Shown here: piece after piece, positions 58,150 through 64,000 of the stretch | Numbering within the stretch: the stretch's first letter is position 1 | How the letters are laid out: each line of letters opens with the position of its first letter | Origin: Eledone cirrhosa | Taxonomy: Eukaryota | Length of the DNA: 64,000 nt | Reading direction: 5' to 3' | Assembly: GCA_964016885.1 (NCBI GenBank) | Contig: OZ024742.1 | Span: forward strand, 211,482,001-211,546,000 | Notes under the pieces: generated by a model | The model's input: the letters and a program-made list of their open reading frames with translations, nothing else | Told to the model about the DNA's origin: nothing | Databases searched by the model: none | Program-made: the position numbers and the translations under genes

Positions 58150-58275
58150 TTCCACTGATGATTTATAAGTGCCCACCTAAATATATTCTTACATGAATAT
58201 ATATTAGGCTTCTACATAAACTGGAAACATTTTCCCAAACTTGTAGAAAACTTATAATGAAACAATTGTTTGGAA
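58150..58275 (+). ncRNA. Type I hammerhead with a 79-nt, two-hairpin insertion in loop 2
   Basis: ttcca-CTGATGA-t-ttataagt[cctaa..ttagg; ttctaca..tgtagaa]acttataa-t-GAAA-caattg-TT-tggaa. Confidence 0.78.
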
Positions 58276-58460
58276 AGAGAGATATACTTTAACTTTAATT
58301 ATATCTCATAAAATAATACAACTGGTTTTTCCACATTATACATATTGTTAGCACCCCAAACACTTAAATTGGGTTTATATTTTAATATAACCTAATGTTT
58401 GTTGAGTGAGATGGTTACCAGTCAGAGTTTAGCTTTAAACTATCTCTGTTATTGTATTAA

Positions 58461-58538
<78 letters not shown>

Positions 58539-60488
58539 GATATCGATATACGATATATATATATATATATTTGTTAATATCGTATATATATATATATACG
58601 ATATTAACAAATGGAAACTATATTTATAAAACCATATCTATTTTATTATACATATTTCATATATATATATATATATGCATATATATATATATACATGTTG
58701 ACATCTCTTACCCCCACGCACACGTACACACACCCACACACACACATACAGACACACACAAACATCCATACAGACACGCGCACACACACACACAACCGCA
58801 TGCACACGCGCACCCACCCACCCGTACACACACATGTAGTATCTGTGCATGTATAATCCTAACTAATAGTATCTATGTATGGACATATGCATAATTATGT
58901 GTTGTCACAGGATCCGATCAAGTCAGGGGCATGGTGGGGCTGCTATCCTTATAGCTAGAGGGAAGTTCCCATCCCGATGTTTTATGATTGTCCATATATC
59001 TTGAGGAAGGTCCCGGCCCTGAGGTACCTGCATGTCCCGGAGGGGTCCCTATAGCTTGAGGGGAGTTCCCAACCTATTGTGTTGCTACTGTCCGTATATC
59101 TCGGGGGAGGTCTCGGCCCTGGGGTGTGTACCTGTTCTGGATAAATCCCTATAGCTTGAGGGAAGTTCCCATCCCAATGTGTTGTTACTGTCCATATGGC
59201 TTGAGGAAGGTCCCGGCCCTAAGGTGTCTACATGTCCCGAAGAAGTCAGTCCTGAGGTTTATCAGGCTGGTTCCACCCCTTAGTATCTCGAGGGTTTCTG
59301 TCAGACATAGTTTGCAGATGCCAGATCCCCCTTTATCAGGTGGTATTTTCCTGATTATGGACCAGGCCAGAGAGTACGGGGTCCTGTCCAGCTTGAGCTT
59401 CCAGATCAGTTCGGAAAGAGCCGTACTTTTCCTTTTGTCCTCCCTATTGAAGGAATAGCGATGGTTATACCATCGGTCTTTAAAGCTAGTTGATGTGGCT
59501 CCTATGTAAAGGTGTTCGGTGTTGGGGGGTTTTAACTCTACATCCGTATATTAGGTTCTTCCTAAGGCATTCATTACTAAGGGGGCATAATTCGGGGTTG
59601 CTGCAGTTGCAGGAGGTGGACGATCTCCGCGTGCCTAGTGTGGGGTTCCCGTTACGTGTTATATGGTGGTCTTCCTCAGGGCCCGGTGGAGAGTCCCCGG
59701 GTCTGTTTGGGTTTCCAGGGTGGGCACTGGGTCCACCCTTCTTTCGATCCAGATGGTTCTTCTGGGTGCTTATATTGCCAGCTTCTGGTTGTGTGTGGTT
59801 TTTAAGTCTACTCTTGTTGATGCTAGCTATGTGGACAGGGGTATGGTGGGGCTGCTGTCCTTATAGCTAGAGGTAAGTTCCCATCCCGATGTTTTGTGAT
59901 TGTCCATATATCTTGAGGAAGGTCCCGGCCCTGAGGAACCTGCATGTCCCGGAAGGGTCCCTATAGCTTGAGGGGAGTTCCCAACCTATTGTGTTGCTAC
60001 TGTCCGTATAGCTTGAGGGAGGTCCCGGCCCTGGGGTGTCTATCTGTCCTGGATAAGTCCCTATACGGACAGTAGCAACACAATAGGTTGGGAACTCCCC
60101 TCAAGCTATAGGGACCCTTCCGGGACATGCAGGTTCCTCAGGGCCGGGACCTTCCTCAAGATATATGGACAATCACAAAACATCGGGATGGGACCTTCCC
60201 TCTAGCTATAAGGACAGCAGCCCCACCATACCCCTGACTTGATCGGATCCTGTGACAACACATAATTATGCATATGTCCATACATAGATACTATTAGTTA
60301 GGATTATACATGCACAGATACTACATGTGTGTGTGCGGGTGGGTGGATGCGCGTGTGCATGTGGTTGTGTGTGTGTGTGCGTGTCTGTGTGGGGGTGTGG
60401 GAGGGGGTGGGGGTTATAAGGTGTGTGTGTGTATGCGTGTGTGTGTGTGTGGGGAGGGGGGTAAGAGATGTAAACATGTATATAGATA

Positions 60489-60531
<43 letters not shown>

Positions 60532-61469
60532 ATATATATGTATATGAAATATGAAGATTCAGAATCTACAACAATACTATACAAATTACGTGGGAATTAC
60601 CTACAGAAGCTGGAAATCCAAAGGAATTTTTTTTATTCTTTTATTTCCGGATTTTAACACTCCACCCTTGTCTCAGTTGATCTTAAAACACACCACAGCA
60701 TGATAGTGTAAAGATTGTGATCCTTTGCACTTTGTCATTCCGAAACACAGCCTGTATACTTTGGTCAATATATTCCAAATCTTTCAAACTTTGAGATTGG
60801 TTATAACACACACGCATTTTATTTGACTATCCTATCTTATTCTTTTATTATCTCTTTCCTTTTACTATTTTATCATTTTTTTGTTAATTTATTTTCTTAT
60901 TTTATTTTACTTTTTTTATTCCTTTATCTTATTCTTTTATTTTTTCGTGTTTTACCCTTTCATTTCATTTTATTCTCATTTCTCTCTTCATCTTTTTATT
61001 TTTTATTTTCTTTATTCTCTTCATTTTATTGCCTTCCATTTTATCGTATCTTATTTCTTCATCTGCCTGGCACAGCCCCCACCACCACCAGCACGAGAAA
61101 TGGTGACAGGATAGACGCCAGCACGCACACACAAGTTCTCCTAATAATAACAGGGGCCGGACTTAAGCTGACCCCAATACCAACACCACTACTAACATAA
61201 GAGAGGAGGTCAGCTATAATTAACAAAAACAACCACTACAGATTGCCTCGCCTCAAAGAATTTCTATACACTTTCGACTGGGGAAGGTTATCACAACTGA
61301 CCAATGAGAGGTGGGGGTGTCCTTTGACGCTGAAATTCGTTTGTTTGAATTAATATGATTCCAGTTCCTCAGAGAAATAACAACCTAACCAGGAACTGGA
61401 CATATCGCAGTATTGACGGAGTTAAACACTTCAATAACAAGTGTACCCGTCTCTAACCCACCAATTCGG

Positions 61470-61524
61470 ACTGTCTGAAGAGGTCACAGCCAAAGATGGC
61501 TGTCACCGAAATATATATAGCAGT
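61470..61524 (+). ncRNA. Type I hammerhead ribozyme (inverted copy of 56276-56330)
   Basis: Same sequence on the opposite strand. Confidence 0.85.
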
Positions 61525-61710
61525 AATAAACGAAGCCAAATTGTATATATTTGACTTATTTATTTTATTTTACATTACTCCGGAGTAACCAAACCAACCT
61601 GCGCACTTCACTTCATCGAGTGCTCCATTTTGCATACTGAGGTGTCGGTAAACAGCTAACATATATTAAAAAAAAAAATAAAAAAAAAATATATATATAT
61701 ATATATATAT

Positions 61711-61848
61711 TAATTAATAAAAAACAATGAAATAAAAATAAAGAACAAGTTCCTTATATTAAAAAAAATTCATCATTTTACGTAAAATGATGAATTTTTT
61801 AATATAAGGAACTTGTTCTTTGTTTTTATTTTATTGTTTTTATTAATT
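61711..61848. repeat. Spacerless AT-rich palindrome centred on ttttacgtaaaa
   Basis: aagaacaagttccttatatt..ttcatcattttac|gtaaaatgatgaa..aatataaggaacttgttctt. Confidence 0.9.
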
Positions 61849-61859
61849 TATCTTGACTC

Positions 61860-62385
<526 letters not shown>

Positions 62386-63912
62386 TTGATTTACTGCTGC
62401 TTTCACCTTTAACAGGATCTTCTGAAACTAAAAAAAATCAATCTGTGGACGCAGAAGTAAATATTTCGAAAAACGTTGCAACCGAAGGAAAACAGGAAGA
62501 CGATATTTTGGTTCGTGAAGACATTCCTTGGCAATAAACGAAAAAAAAACGAAGATAATACGTCGTTATGTGGACCGTAGAGAACAATTTCACTCAAAGA
62601 CAAACAACCCAAACCACGTTTATGATATAAATGGAGTCATTAGACTAATATTCTATTTAGGAAACCGAATGATTTTCAGCTCCTGAGTTAAGAATAATCT
62701 AAATAAATTTGTTGAACGAAAATGATAGCGGTTATTAAAATCGTAAAAGTAATAATAGTTAAGATTTATACAATTATATATATACATACACACATCTATA
62801 TATGTACATACACGTGCATACGCGAAAACGCACGCCGTACATACATATACATGCACATACACTTAAACACCAGCACACGTACGTATACCAGGCACGACAC
62901 ATATACCCGCGCACGTACTAACGTATACGCCAAATACACACATATATATGTATATAATTAAATATACATATATAAATATACACGCATATAAACATATATA
63001 ACACATACACATACATACACATATGTTCAACAAACGTACATATACCAGTAAACATATGTACACATATACACAACATACATACGTGCAAACACACATACAC
63101 ACTCATACATGGTGGCTACCAACTCGTTTTCGAGTAAGGCCACTACTTTATATCCATGTAGGAGAACCCCGACCGATGCGCTGAACGAGTGTGACTTTTT
63201 AGTCCAGCCAGCGACTTAAAAACTCTGGTACAAACACTACACTTGTGACAATTATTGACACATAGTGCTGGGCCCATGGTACGATGTGACGACAAGTGCA
63301 GAGAGATTTCCAGATATAAAGCAATGCCTGTGCCGTGAAACTTTTATAGTGAGCAAAGGCACTGCACAAAGCCAGTCCCACTCTCTTAACCAAGATGATA
63401 TTTACCAAAAAGAAGAACAAGGTTGCATGTGTTATATCAGAGTTTTCCTTCTCCTAGAATTCTGCCTTGACAAAGGCTAAGGGGTCATCTCTCCCGGTGA
63501 TTTTAGATGGCCATTGACTCTTAAGAGCTCCTTTGCCCTTTGACAGGTTTTGTTTATAGTCCTGCAGGATGTCCAAAGTCACCCTCCTCACCAAGAAACC
63601 TTGGTGGGGTTGCCAGTTTAGTCGCCAACGACCCGACCATGAGACAGGTTGTACTGGGATACATGTTACCAGTAGCACCAACTGGTGACATGACATATAC
63701 ATATATACACCAACTCATACACATGAGCAACAATAATCAAGATATATATATATACTAGTATTTCAGTATACATATGTGGATGTACATTTTTAATTTAACT
63801 TAATTGTTTAAGCGTCAGTCATACAAAAGTGAGTTACAAACGAAACGAAATTTAATTTCGTTTCGTTATTTGTTTTTATCGTCTCCGTTGAACCGGTACG
63901 TACTCACGCTCT

Positions 63913-63959
63913 ATGCAAATTAGTCTGCCCACTACTAATTTTCATAGAAAAAGCATATA
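63913..63959 (+). promoter_or_regulatory. Putative octamer + TATA promoter (third family member, cut off by window end)
   Basis: ATGCAAAT, 33 nt, CATATA preceded by aaaag; upstream palindrome cgaaacgaaatttaatttcgtttcg homologous to ~19464-19486. Confidence 0.45.
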
Positions 63960-64000
63960 ACGATATGTGCTTTTACGATTCTCTAGAAAGGCCGGAAGAT

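Larger units (their letters stand above)
56214..61586. mobile_element. Penelope-like element (minus, ~60060 to 56214, interrupted) with an inverted ~1.5-kb pLTR copy (60063-61586)
   Basis: 56214-57258 is the reverse complement of 60542-61586; ~58655-59098 mirrors 60063-60550; GIY-YIG remnant ~59190-59620(-) CNCSNPELCPL..STALSELIWKLK..CKLCLTETLEIL..TCRH. Confidence 0.88.

Noticed and set aside
58930-60235. Regularly spaced repeats resembling a CRISPR array
   Set aside because: The units are contiguous duplications of the PLE ORF end with no unique spacers; eukaryotic context, no cas genes.

Overview
AT-rich, microsatellite-dense eukaryotic DNA. The SINE, RTE and CR1 repertoire and the huge (TA)n arrays resemble an octopus-type cephalopod genome (inference). 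No intact host gene is evident; there are only 2-3 weak candidate exons, and most listed ORFs are microsatellite artefacts. The window is a nest of decayed mobile DNA: several Penelope-like elements (PLEs; RT and/or GIY-YIG remnants), RTE, CRE-type and CR1 LINEs, a Gypsy integrase relic, tRNA-derived SINEs, hAT and Tc1 MITEs, and Helitron/Helentron-like pieces. The main hidden signal is RNA structure. Reading by eye on both strands gives about 25-30 type I hammerhead ribozyme (HHR) motifs, about 15 of them with a largely intact core, mostly in PLE pseudo-LTRs next to (TA)n. Many have a palindromic stem III, a mismatched first stem II pair, and 38-79 nt structured insertions in loop 2. The best candidate for a new system is a diverged non-coding family (19.4-20.4 kb, 35.3-35.65 kb, 63.8-64 kb). 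It conserves ATGCAAAT, 33-35 nt, then AAAG(T/C)ATATA, an octamer+TATA arrangement like a U6/H1 external promoter, placed directly upstream of a hammerhead. One copy carries three ribozymes in series. All structures were paired by eye; none were computed or tested.
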